Below are positions 24,801 to 37,400 of a stretch of DNA of 64,000 nucleotides, one piece after another (the first letter of the stretch is position 1; each line of letters begins with the position of its first letter). This stretch comes from Lingula anatina (taxonomy: Eukaryota; Animalia; Brachiopoda): positions 17,050,001 to 17,114,000 of the forward strand of contig CM120645.1 in NCBI GenBank assembly GCA_051362555.1, given 5' to 3'. The notes under the pieces are model-generated. The model searched no databases, was not told the origin of the DNA, and saw only the letters and a program-made list of their open reading frames with translations. The translations under genes and the position numbers were made by a program.

Positions 24801-27800
24801 TCTGCACGGCTAGGGTAAGTGTTATAGTTACTCCGTGGTCTGCACGGCTAGGGTAAGTGTTATAGTCACTCCGTGGTCTGCATGGCTAGGGTAAGTCTTA
24901 TAGTCACTCTGTGGTCTGCACGTCTAATGTAAGTGTTAGTCTGTAGTCTGCATGTCTAGGGTAAGTGTTATAGTCATTCCGTGGTCTGCACAGCTGGGGT
25001 TAGTGTTATAACACTTATAGTCTCTCCTTGACATTTAAAGAACATTTAAACTGAACGATAACATTTCTTAATGCTTTATCATACTGTCACCCCCAGGGTG
25101 AAGTGTACACATTTGGCTGTGGGATGTTTGGACAGCTTGGACATGCCAAGACAGAGAAACGAACCTTTCCAATCAAAGTGAATGGAATTCCAGAACCTGT
25201 CCACACTGTAGCCACCAAATACTTCCACAATGTAAGTACAGGCCAGTCCAGTGAACTACCATAATGTAATTACAGGACAGTCCAGTCAGTGGTCAGAGTG
25301 CCTTTTTTTAGCTATAAATGATTTATAATTTAATTTGCCAGCAGTTCTCTGTCATGGAAATTCTTCTGGAACTTTTCTACCCAAGCATTTTGTCTAGTTT
25401 GGACATAATTTACATTGCAGTGGTAAAACATTAGACTGGCAGTTAAAGAAATGAGCAATGACAGGCTTTTCATGTGATTTTTCAACCAGTTGATTGGATA
25501 CATTTTTTAAAAAAAAGTTAAAGTGCTAAGATACAAGAAATTTCGAAATTGTTAAAATATCAAATCTAGACCATTTTAAATATAAACTAAAATTATAGAT
25601 TAACCAAAGTCTCTTGCTAATAAATGTGATGCACAAAATAAATTAGCCTTTTAGTGTACTCACTAGGTTGTAAAAAGGGGAAAGAAAAATTTGGAATCTG
25701 TTGATTTTAATAGAATGCACATGCTAAGGCTGCCCATTTGCATTTTTTTAATAGATAGCAGTTACAATAGACAACCAAGTCTATGTGTGGGGTGCAAGCC
25801 CCCAAGTCTTGCGCTACATGGCTCACCTGACACGACGACAGCGTATGAGTGCCACAGGGTCTGTACATGGGGGTCCTCAGCGGCCTCCTGATATCCCCAA
25901 ACACCTGTTGCCTCAGCTGGTTGACACCACTATGGTGTTTGATAAAATTGTACAGGTAATGTACCCAGAAAAATCTGCTTGTGTGACTTGTTTTTTGAAT
26001 TTTCAAGTTGTTATTTAATTTTTAAAGTCGTATTCCTGGTTCTTGATAAATTGACTGCTTAATGGCGTATATGTGCATAATATTAGGTTGTGGTTATATT
26101 AAAAAGCTTTTCGTGATAATGATGGTTGCTGCATTAGTGTCTCGCTTGATTACACTCTATGTTATGATAGGAATCTGCCTCTTTATAGAGATATTCTGTT
26201 TTTAGAGCAAGAAAGTTGAGAAAAATTATGTGATTTTGGGTAAACTGTCAAAAAGCAGGAATTTAATTATTGTGAACAAGTAGGTATTTACATCTTATCA
26301 CCTGCTCCTATATCTGAGACAGGTTATACTGAAGTTGTGATATTGTTAACTGTAGGTCTCCTGTGGTAATAACCACAGTGTGATGATAACCCAGGATGGG
26401 GAGATGTATTCCTGGGGGAAGAACTATGATGGCCAGCTTGGCTTAGGAAGTAAAATGGAACAGGTCAGTGCAGTTTTGGTATTAAAGTGAAATCTCATAA
26501 GTTGTTATCAAGAAAATTTGATATATCAGCAGATATTTTTATATATCAACCTGAATTGGAGGAGATTGTGTAGACTCATAAGTAAAAGACTTTGGAGTTA
26601 ATGTTTTAGATGTAAGTCCTGTCTTTTGTCTAGACAGGTGGATTATGTTTACATATGTCCATTGTAAAACCTTAATAAAGATTAAGGTACTGGTGATTGG
26701 ACCACTTTTAGAGGTCTGGGTTAAGTCAGAATTACTTCACAATACTTTTTTTTAGTTAATTGACAATTGATTAGAATTTCTCATTGTTACGTTCTTCCAG
26801 ACGCAGCCCACCATGGTAGTGTCTGTGAATGACAAGAAGATCGTTCACGTCTGCTGTGGAGCAGAGTTCGCCATTGCTCTGGATTCTGAGGGTGCGGTCT
26901 ACAGCTGGGGAAGAAATGACACAGGACAGGTAATGAGTTTAAAGCATTTCTATGTCTTATTAGTTTTGCTGATAATGAAATAAATTAAGAAATTCCTTTG
27001 AAGGACACACACATGGCCTCTTTAGTGTTTTTATGTTATTGGTCTTATGAAGGAAAGATTTGGTGTGAACTTAAATAAATGATTTATCTCAGTGACTTGT
27101 GATGCATGACTGTGTAGGATAGTGAATGGCAAAAATCTTGTAAACCGTGAATACATTGTACACTTCATGCATTTCACATTTATGTAAACTATGAATTAGA
27201 GTAATATAGGAAGAATGGTAAATAAGTAGACAGTAAATATAGTTAAAACAAGATCCGGAAGTGCCATTGTTTTGCCCTCAGCTCAGATAATATTTTAAAG
27301 GATGCCAAAACTTTTAAAGTAATACCTTTGCAAACATTTTAATGGTTTCATGGAGCAAAGTGATAAAAAATGCCTCATGATAACCCTGTTTGCAAATTGT
27401 AAAATTGTAATGAATTGATATTCTTTTCTCATTTACAGCTGGGATGGTCAGAACATTTGGAATCAACCAGCAAATACTCCAACAGACGTCCCAAACATTC
27501 CAGAGATCGCAGCTCTGGGGGTTTTGAGAGGGAATTCTTGGTGCCCACTCAGCTGAAAGGGTTCCCATCTCTGACCATTCTTAGCAGGAAACTTTTAATG
27601 CCCAAGACCAAGAGAAAACACAGCCATGACAGTTCAGACTGGGTAGGTGAACAGGAAAGGGGGCTCAAACCTGGACTATCTTGGACTGAAGTTAGATGAA
27701 TTGATGTAACTTGATGATCAGATTGTTTGGGGCCTTTATCATTCTTTAAAAGTTTTAACACCATATTTAGCAAATTGGTATCTATAAAGTCATTTTCTTG

Positions 27801-30800
27801 TAAATGTTACCAGCTGTTTATCTTAACTTGGAAAAAGTAACAAGTGAATTCTAATATTCACAGCAAGTATACTTCACTTATAAAATGATCTTGTTATGTT
27901 TGCAGTGGTCTGATGACTGCTATGAGGATGTCAGCGAGTCCTTGGAGATCCCAAACTTGTCAACTGTTGTTGATCCTCCGTATGGTTCCCAGGTCATTGC
28001 TGTTGTCTTGAAGGTGAATTGTTTGTTGCTGTTGATTTTTATCCTCTGTCATTAATTACTTTTTTTAAGAAAATTAAAAGCGAAAGTTTTGATATTTTGA
28101 GAAATATTTTTTTTTCACTCAGAACAATTAGAATAAGTTTTAGTAAGCTACATGTATGAAAACTTGGTGACACCTGATAAGATCAAGTGGTTTTTACACA
28201 TTTATATAATAATATTGATATTACTGCAGCAAGTTTATGTGATAAAACAAAAATATGTCTTTAATTTAAAATCAGACATTTGTTTTCAGCATATGTCTAG
28301 TTTCTGTGAACCTACAAAATTGTTGCGGATGTGCATAGATCATGAGGACTGTCAGTCTGCAGCAGACGTCTGCCAGTCAGGGGGGCTCTACTCACAGGTA
28401 AGATCAACCTGGTGTTAAGTAGGCCATTCACACTAGCACTTTCAACCACGGTCAAGGTCTAACCTCAGGCCTATTGGGGTTAACTTTTCTAAAGTGAACG
28501 GATGACGTTCCCCTAACCGCGGTCGAAATAAACCCAGATCAGGAGCTGAGTTAACTCCAAATCACGGTCAAGACCAGGGCCAAGTTTTATAAAGGACGTT
28601 TAGCACTAACCAGCGTATAAGTCTAACCAGTGGATAAATTCTCCTAACACTCGTTAACTGAAAGATGGTTAAAATTGTGTTTCATATGGAACACATGCGC
28701 ACAAGTGGGCAATTAATCAACTGATATTGTTTGCGGGAAATCCTTGCAGCTATTTGAGTACTATGAGTATCAGCAGCTGCAAAAGAGTATCATGGTCTGA
28801 AGATGCCGTCAAGGGCCTCCTTGCCATATGGTTGTAGAGTGAGGTACAACCTAAATTAGAAGGAAGCGCCAAAAATAAAACAGTCTGCCGTGAAATAGGC
28901 CTTAGGAAATAGGCCCTGTATCACCGTGCCTTGGTCGATGCAGCATATCTTTCAAAACAAATTCACTGCAAATTGAGCACAATTTAGCACCTTCAAGTAT
29001 CGTAACATATTTTCAACTCATGTGCCTATTATCTCACTTTGTTGATGGAAAAACTGCTTTTGCCTCTGAGCCCACTCCCATTTACCTCCAGCTAAAAATG
29101 ACCAATCAGCTTCAAGTCTTACACCACTTGACATCACATCACGGCACAATCCTGTCTTCCCCAGTACCCTCTATTGATCAAGATTTTCCCTCTAATCCAG
29201 GCGCTGTACTACCGTCTAAGATGGCTGTCCCAGTGTGCAGGACAGGTGGAGAATATGTGTCAAACTGCAGCAAGGATTATCACTTTTTACCTGAAGCATG
29301 TCAGCTTATCTAGGTAGGCTTACACAAACAAAGTTTTAAATGTCGACAGTATATAATTTTGGATTAAAAGTTTTGCATTTTATGTAAGTTCGTTAGTTAA
29401 ATAGATGAATCATGCTAACAAAATAAAATTCATTGACAATTTGGTTTCTACAGATTTTTCCTTTGAATCAGAATTCTGTTCATGGTATTAAATTCTGTTT
29501 TGATGGGTCCTTAGGCAGTTCCTAGACTTGGGGCTGATTATATGTATGGTCTAATGATAAATGTTCAAATATTTGTTTCAAATCCCAGGCTCTAGTCTGT
29601 AACTATCAGTGTAAGATATTGTTTAAATGTATTTAGAATATTAACATTATTTATGTGCAGTGGTCTTCATCAGAACCACTACCAGAGGGAGCCAGCTAAG
29701 GAGACCATAAGGCAGACATTAGGACACGTAAGCAAAAACTTAAAATTAAACTGATTTTATGACAGGTAAATATTGACAATTAAATTCATTGTTACAGCTG
29801 ACATTTGAATTGCCTTAGAAGTAATGAAAATGTTTCTCTGAAATTATAACATGCTTTTTGTATCACAATGTTTGTTTTGAAAAAGAAAGTTGTTGGTCTA
29901 TCTTTAGAATATCGCGTTTACAAACTTTTACAAAATTATAACTCATCCCTATTAGGTGTTTGATTTTTGGGACCGCCAGAAGTTGCCAGTCTCAGACTTG
30001 GAGTCCTTGCTGAATTCACACATGGACCAAATTGCATACCCTCTCAGCTTAATGGCCATCAGGTAACCAAGGCAACTGGAGGTCATGTTCACAACTGGGT
30101 TAACTTGGATCAGAAAAAATCTAACTGACATCACTAGTTAACCTGATTTTGAGCACAGATATTCAACTTCTACTTGGTGCACAGCAGATCATGTAATCCT
30201 GTCCTTTGCTGCTGTGGGTTCAACTATTTCCAGTCTGAAAGAGAAAATGAACACTGCATCAAGTATTTTCCTTTTAGTAGCAAATTGAATATGAATGGTC
30301 CTTGAATGGGAAGATTGTTTCAAAATGAATTATTAAATATTTCTTAGAATCATCATTTTAAAATATACTTTGAAATAAATCTTGATTTGTCCAAGTTTTA
30401 CCTTTCAGGTACTTAGAGCGGATTCTCAACGAATTGAGCCAGGTGACCTAAAAATGGCGGACGTACATGAAAGAAAACCGCCTAATCTTTTAATAGTCTC
30501 TCCGCCTCCCCACACGTCGTCCCTGCAGGATACAGTAATTAAATCTCCAACTTAATGCCAGTTGACACGGGTCTGTATGTGCCAGTCAATGGTGTGGTAA
30601 AAAGACTAAGCCAAAACAATTACAGCTAATGATTTTAAATTTCAGAGAAAACAGTGAGTTGAATGAGGATGAAGTATCGACTGATCCTAAACTTGGCAAT
30701 ATTCCAGAAGAGATCAAAAAACAATTCTCTACCAAGTTTCTTCTCGGTCTGACAGCAAATGTAGTGAACCGAATAGAAAAAGGTACTTATTGTTTACAAA

Positions 30801-31612
30801 TAAATTATAAGCTTTTGATATTTAGTCTCATTCCAATGTCCATCCAGTGTGTCACTCTGTGGAAAGACCTCCAAGGTTGAAAACCTCTGAAAAGTGTTCT
30901 CTTTTATCCAAGAATGAACTAAAAACATTTTGCTAAATGTTATACTGTTGTATTTTAGATTGTATAAACTAGTATATAGATGTAGTATACAGCTCTTTGT
31001 ATAGTTTTAATATATAACTAGGAGGTCTTTCTATGCACTCTTCTATCTGTGTGTGTGATATCCCGGGTAACAAATGATAAACATTTTATGTACAGGTAAG
31101 AAGCAGCACTGTAATCTTATAATTTTTTCCAATTTTTTTTCTATTTTTTGTTTGTAGGTCAAGGTTGTGAAGAATACTGTCAGATCTTGTCAGGTGAGAC
31201 AGCTGGACTGAAGGTGGAGCCAGAACAAAATCTTATACCAATAGACAAACTCTGGCAGGAGATCCTTCAGAACCTCAGCAAAGATGTGGAAAAGAGGAGC
31301 CATATAACAATGTCCACTAATGAGATAGAATATCTCACTGCAGCAAGGCCATCTTTTCTACAAACCAACGAAGAGGTTTCTAGCTCCCCTCAGCCAGTCA
31401 GGGCAGTGCTTTTCACGTGTGGACACAACTTCACTGAAAAGATGTTTTTAGATACGACCCTGACCCAGTTGTCCAATGACCTCACTAAAGGTCGTCTGCC
31501 ACTCAATAATAGTGCAATGTTGCTATCACAGTATTACAAGAAGAAAGGCTATATTCCTATGGCATGTCCTAAGTGTGTGTTTGCTACTGTACAAGATATA
31601 CCAGTGGCATGA
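14936..31612 (+). CDS. Large RCC1-repeat protein (~1621 aa), claret/GLO-4-like putative Rab GEF
   Basis: 32 phase-consistent GT-AG exons: 14936-15077, 15448-15617, 16032-16104, 16687-16760, 17192-17314, 17718-17859, 18262-18389, 18874-19047, 19500-19843, 20105-20282, 20511-20716, 21084-21180, 21458-21584, 21915-22140, 22373-22448, 22837-22974, 23129-23262, 23670-23805, 24188-24342, 24626-24776, 25097-25231, 25755-25955, 26356-26463, 26801-26929, 27439-27642, 27906-28013, 28290-28397, 29201-29313, 29661-29727, 29956-30062, 30646-30782, 31158-31612 (4866 nt). About 7 RCC1 blades (CGQNHS..GDLYTWG..GRLGHG; VSCGAQH..LYSWG..GQVG; VFTWGWGVHGNLGHG). C-terminal CGH...CPKC. The orthology call is inference. 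Confidence 0.9.
16430..16732 (+). repeat. 84-bp minisatellite x~3.5 containing the splice acceptor and start of exon 16687-16760
   Basis: cacatttgtctacttcag|gtggccgcagtcccacatgtgtaac recurs at 16501, 16585 and 16669; degenerate copy at ~16430. Confidence 0.93.
18778..18826. repeat. (TAA)n microsatellite
   Basis: Direct read. Confidence 0.95.
19141..19307. mobile_element. Non-autonomous TIR element (CAGG...CCTG) with 5-bp TSD
   Basis: TIR caggcccatagccag / ctggctaagggcctg; atatg at 19136-19140 and 19308-19312. Confidence 0.85.
23210..23587 (+). repeat. 59-bp minisatellite x~6.4 of the exon 23129-23262 end plus donor
   Basis: catggcag|gtaagt donors at 23263, 23322, 23381, 23440, 23499 and 23558. 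Confidence 0.96.
23782..23962 (+). repeat. Degenerate ~32-38-bp repeat x~5-6 of the exon 23670-23805 end plus donor
   Basis: Recurring (ag)tgttgtccaatcaggg...gta(a/g)gt motif starting inside the exon. Confidence 0.8.
24745..25010 (+). repeat. 38-bp minisatellite x~7 of the exon 24626-24776 end plus donor
   Basis: Unit tatagtcactctgtggtctgcacggctagg|gtaagtgt. Confidence 0.95.
25221..25288 (+). repeat. 34-bp two-copy duplication across the donor of exon 25097-25231
   Basis: acttccacaat|gtaagtacaggccagtccagtga followed by actaccataatgtaattacaggacagtccagtca. Confidence 0.8.
28421..28915 (+). mobile_element. Decayed PIF/Harbinger transposon 5' part with Myb/SANT-like ORF remnant
   Basis: Harbinger-like end aggccattcacactagcac. 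28763-28912 reads MSISSCKRVSWSEDAVKGLLAIWL*SEVQPKLEGSAKNKTVCREIG, a trihelix/Myb_DNA-bind_4-type pattern with an internal stop. Confidence 0.75.
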
Positions 31613-33460
31613 CCTACATTACAGACTGTAGGATGTTCAAAGATGTATTTAATCCAGCTGAGAAAAAGATTTCACACGAAAAGCCTAATAAGCATAAGCT
31701 GTCAGAACCTTGCTAGTTTCAAAGTTAAAAACCTTTATGGTGTAATTTGAAAACCATCTATGAAGGAATTGTGAATTCACATGTCCAAGGGTCCAAGTGA
31801 ACAAATTAAAATGTGCTAAACTAAAGTTAGGGTCTTTCAGGATTACAGGGGACTGGTACATACTTCTTTTAAACAGATTACAGGTTTTCTTCTAACTGAT
31901 GACAGATTGTTACTTCCCCCATATTAAAAACCTGAGCTGGATACATGTTTGAGTCAAAGAAAATTAAGTATGGCATTTGGCAAACATTAAGTAAGTATTA
32001 GGATTTTGGGGTAATATTGAAGATACATCAATTATCATATTTTTCATAGCATAAGGTGCCAGATTTGCATAATATGGTATCTTCAGATGAGGCTTAAGTT
32101 TTAATTTTGAAAATAACTAAAATGCTCTTTAAAAAAATTGAATAGTAAATCATTCAAATTAGCCATAATTTGTGAATCTGGTGCAATATAAGGTTTGTAC
32201 AACACGTATCAATTTTTCAAGTGACATGAAATAATAAGTAAAAACTGGTCAAACATGGATGAATTTTGTTTTATTTTTTAAAAAAATGTGGCTACATGAA
32301 AGGAATAAGTTGGTATGTTACTGATGTAAGTTTGGGTAACTGCTTTATGTCAAAGAAAAATATACACACACAATTGGAAGATAATCACTGCTGAACTTGT
32401 AACAATTTCCAAAAATAATCCATGCTGATTCTGTAAAACCTCAGCACTAGACTTTGTTCACTAATTACCTGTATTTTAAACTTTCAGCCCAATGCCAAAT
32501 TTTACATGTGAAAATGAAATAATTTTGTTTAACAACAAATTGCTTTAAACTGTTTTCCTCAACTTCGCAAGATTTGTAAAAATTTTGAAGCAAATATACT
32601 GCATTGTAAAAATATATAAATATATTCATATTGATTCAGTCAAGTGGAATGTCTTTATACCTCCTCACAAAGATAAAATAAATAAATAAACAAATGAATA
32701 CTACAAAATATAGCTTTAATAAGCTGTGTTAACTTCTGAGTAAACCTAAGGGTATCCGTTCAATATATAGCAGCATTTAACTGAAGTATGAATGGGCTCC
32801 ATTTTAAGATATCAATCCTTTCAACAGTGGATGCTGGATCCCAGATGTCCCAAATTTATAGAAGCCATGGAGACGGTAATTGTCTAACAACTCTGCAATC
32901 TTCTTCCTAAACTTGATGGTTATTCTGTAAATAATACTGTTTCCATAAACAATGTACCAAAAACTCGGCCTTGCCTGGACAGTTCTCAAAACATTTGGGA
33001 GGCACAATCAGATCATAAGACTTGAGTGTTAACATTTCAGGTTTTGACAGGCCATTCCAGATTAATGCAAATCATTTTTTCTTCTTTTTTTCCGCCGAAA
33101 AAATCACTTCCCGGTATGTTGGTCCCACTTCTGCTGCTCTCTCTCTAGGCTCTTAATCATTATCCTAACCACTTCGCAAGTTCATTTGGAAACAGCTACT
33201 TTCTCCAAAAATTTTTGTATCATATACTCCCCCCCCCCCATAGCATGTTTATGTTCAATTTATTAAAGGAGGACACAAATTTGGGGATCAGATGAATTAA
33301 AGTAACATGGTTCATACAGAGATCTCCTGTGTCCACATACTGGCCACAATGTCGTGTAATCACTGTAAGAGGAAGACAGCACTTGCTCCATCTATACATG
33401 GCAATCCCACAATGGTCAAAGGTCATACCACAGGATCTTCAATGAAATGCTGCCCACCCC

Positions 33461-34455
33461 TCATGTGAGCTCCCAGTATTCGGATACTCCATGATTGGGT
33501 GGTCCAAGTTTATACACTCCAACTGAGCGGTCCTTCGATGAGGTCACAAGATCTGAACAAAGTTAAGTGTCTTTCTTCAACTGAACAGACTGAAAACTAT
33601 TCTGAACCCCTCTCCCCTTACTGTATAATAAATTGCGTCCAGGCTTTCACAACATCAGCATAAAAGTGATACATTTATTATAATCCTTAAAAATATTGCA
33701 TAGCTGTCTTCATAATACTTAAATCCTTATTGCCGGTGTGTTATTTTACAAATTTAAATATTTATTGAAGAAAGCATAAAATGGCATTCAACTCAAAATC
33801 ACATTCTTCAAAAGGATACATTCGTCATAGGGCGATATGTCCATATCTTCGATGTCATTCTTATGTCTGAACACCTCTCCCAGGTACTGGTGATGGTCCG
33901 GCCACCTCCTATACCTCCTTACCACCCCCTCATCACATGCTGAGAACAGCTGACTACCATTAGACGTATACCTGATATCAGTTATAAATAAATACCATTA
34001 AGTATCAACAATTCTAAAAGAATATTATACGAAGAGCGATAAGGATTGAGGCTGTCTCAGAAAAAGATGGAATTGATTTTCCATATTTTGTATTCTGAGG
34101 AAGCAACATGTTTCTTGATCATATGTAAAATTGTGACTCTGTTGGAAGACAAAATGTAAGAGGACAAGATTGGGTTTTAGATATAAAGAAGAAGCTTAAC
34201 TTTATGACATAAAGACCTGCTCGACTGCACTGCAGGGAAAATCATTCAAACATCAGAATTTTTTCATGCCTGTAAGAGCTATATTTAAGTCAGAGTTTTA
34301 TTTCTGGTGGTATTTAAGGCTTCAAATATCTCTTTCTTTTTTTGTTCAAAGGGTGAACCTTGTCCCTAGTCTTGACCATGTTGTTATTCTAGAAAGGTTG
34401 CTATAGACTTGTAGACTTCAAACACTTCTTATACCATCATGTAGTTATATTATAT

Positions 34456-34498
<43 letters not shown>

Positions 34499-37400
34499 TA
34501 AAAGTTCACTGTGGTTGGCATTCTCACACAAAATATTATTAAAGGAGAGACAATCTTATACCTGAGTTTCCATATGGGAGCGTCCAGTTTATTGTCCTTG
34601 AGTTTTTCCTGCACACCACATTCTGGAATGTAAGCACTGATGTTCTCTCCTCCAAGCATCACCAAACCTGGTAATATATTTAATTTATACACTGTGGACA
34701 ATCACCAAACCTGATTTATTTAAATATAACATATACTATGGACAATCACCAAACCTGATTTATTTCAGTATAACATACACTATGGACAATCACCAAACCT
34801 GATTTAATTCAATATAACATGAAAATAGCATGAAGACGTAATATAATCAACACCAAAAGGAAGGAGATCTTTGTTTCATGTTGTCCTGTAGAGCATGAAG
34901 TAAATGTAGCAAACAAGGGGTTCTGATTATGAAGCCATCTGAACAGACTTTTAACAGACAGAACTTACTAGTGAAACCATCATCAACAGCTGAGCCATAT
35001 GTCTCTGGTGTGGGGGCCACTGTGTTCAGGGACTGGTTTGTGTGGACGGCATGGAGAGTACGGCCATCTAGGGTCACCACCTTGGGAAGAGAGAGAGTAT
35101 CAGATGTACAGAAATCCAATGTAAAAATATAATAACTGGTCAGTTGTACAGGGTTGTACAAACTGCATGGACATCAAAGTCACGACCTGATAAAGAAAAC
35201 ATTCCTCAGCAAAATACCAGACCTACTGCAAATTTGCTGTGATATTGCTGTAAACTGTAATTCCTTCCTGCAAATTTGCTGCAATATGACTGAAAAACAC
35301 CAGCAATAATTTTTTTCTTGCAAACTCCTGCAAATATCAGGCCTACTGTAAATTTGCAGCAAATTTGCTGCAATATTGCTGCAAACTGCAATTCCTTCCT
35401 GCAAACTTGCAGCAAATTTGCTGTAATATGACTGCAAATAACCAGCAATAATTTTTTCTAACAAACTCCTGCAAACTTGTTGCTACAAACGTTTTATTTT
35501 GCTAAGGGATGTCAGAAAAAGTAATGGACTAAATTAGGTCTCTGGGTCTTCCGAAAGATAGGTAGTTTTCTTTTTGAAAATTGTTTAATTTCCTTATTGC
35601 TGAGATTAGAAGTCTGTTATCTTACATGGGAGTAGACAGGCCTGGTTGTTTGTATACATGCATATGTATTATCTGTAAGGATGGAATTTAAATTTAAGTT
35701 TGCATCTTTGGGGTCTTTGCTACTTTGTAGTAACAATTAGCATCTCAAATCAAAACCACCTTTGTATGAAGTAATATTTACTGAATAATATCCTGATAAT
35801 TTGACACCCAACCACTTATACTTTACTTTCACTTACTTTACACACTCCATCTGCAGCCACTGTCATGAGTGTCCTCTCTCCCCTCCCCCAGGGCCAGCTG
35901 CCATGTAAGAATGCTATATCTCTGATTATCCCATGATGAACCTAGACAAAAAGAGTAATTATCATAATTACAAAGCATTCAAGGTATCAGTGCAACCAAA
36001 CTACATTTTTTTCTGTCAGTCAAAGTTCTCAATACATGTACATACATGAAGAAAAAAAGAAGAGGCTGGCATATTGTGTGAACTGATCATAGTTTAAATT
36101 AATGGATTGGCAGCTGCTATGTCTGTTTGCAATTCAGTCTGATAAGCATAAATATATCTCTCAATTTGGACATCGAAAATAAAGAAACTGGCATACATAG
36201 GGTCTTAAAGTAAGAGTATTCTACCAATGCCACATATTCAAATGTGGTAATTCTCCAAAACTTATGGTGGCAGTGAGCTCGAGATAATTGAAACTAAGTT
36301 TGGCTATCAACATTGTATGCTTCGAGAAAATAATGTTTATATGCAAATCCAACCAAAATCAACTGATACCTTAAAAGCCATTCAAGTATTCCAAAACAAG
36401 TTCACTTCAAAGGCAGAAGTTAACTTGTTATCACCAAAAATAGGATTTCACTGATCATAAATGTTCAATAGATATCACTTAATCTCATTCAAATCTACAC
36501 CTACAACACTATCTATTTACCTATTAAATTCACGCACTCAAACCAAGACCAGTCTTTAAATGTCAGAACCCAAAAACATCAATAAAAAGACCAGAGATGT
36601 CAATAAAATGTAAAACAATATCCTCAGTGTTTTTCGTCGGTGTATTTCTTACATGAAACCGGAATCAAATCAAATCATCAGTTTGTCCACTGAATAAAAG
36701 AGCAAAATCAATATCTAACTAGAAGGAAAACAGGATTTAAACAGGGATAAGACTGCCATGTGGTGAAAAAGTCAGAAAATATGGTGTGGGGGCCAGGGCA
36801 ATGATAATTTTGGGTCCCAAAATTTGCTGAGAGTCCAAAAAATTTCATCCCAGTTTAAAAACATCACAAAATACCCCATATTTCTAAAATGAAAAATAAC
36901 TTATAATTCTGATTAAAAAAAAAAACTATTATAACCTGTCATTTTATCTTACAAAGCCCTTCAGTGAACCTGACATAAAAATAAAATACAGTTTGGCACT
37001 TGTGGGGTGATTGTTACAAAAATTGATGAATAAAACACCAAATTCAATTCCTTTCAACAGGATATTCTGATCATGCTGATATTACTATTAGTTTCTTCCT
37101 GAATTCAGGGAGTTTTCACATTAGCTAACTCATTGTGAATGGCCCCTTAAGTTTCATTTATTTAAAAATATAAACTAATATTTGTTTACACCCTTATCTG
37201 CATGTATATAACATTCTAGTGGATAACTTAATATGACTGATATGCAATATAAATACAATAGTAATGAGCACCATCTTGTATCAATAAATAAAATAATGCA
37301 ATCAACTTTTTCAATAAAAAAATAATCCTGATACTAGTTTCCTTCAGTTAGTACTGTTGTGTAAATATCTTTATTATGTCTATTTGAAACTGTCACTGGA

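Noticed and set aside
29020-29313. 97-aa ORF
   Set aside because: The real exon 29201-29313 is in another frame (ALYYRLRW...); the ORF is incidental.
35180-35464. Q/C-rich ORFs on the - strand
   Set aside because: Derived from the internal repeats of the TIR element.
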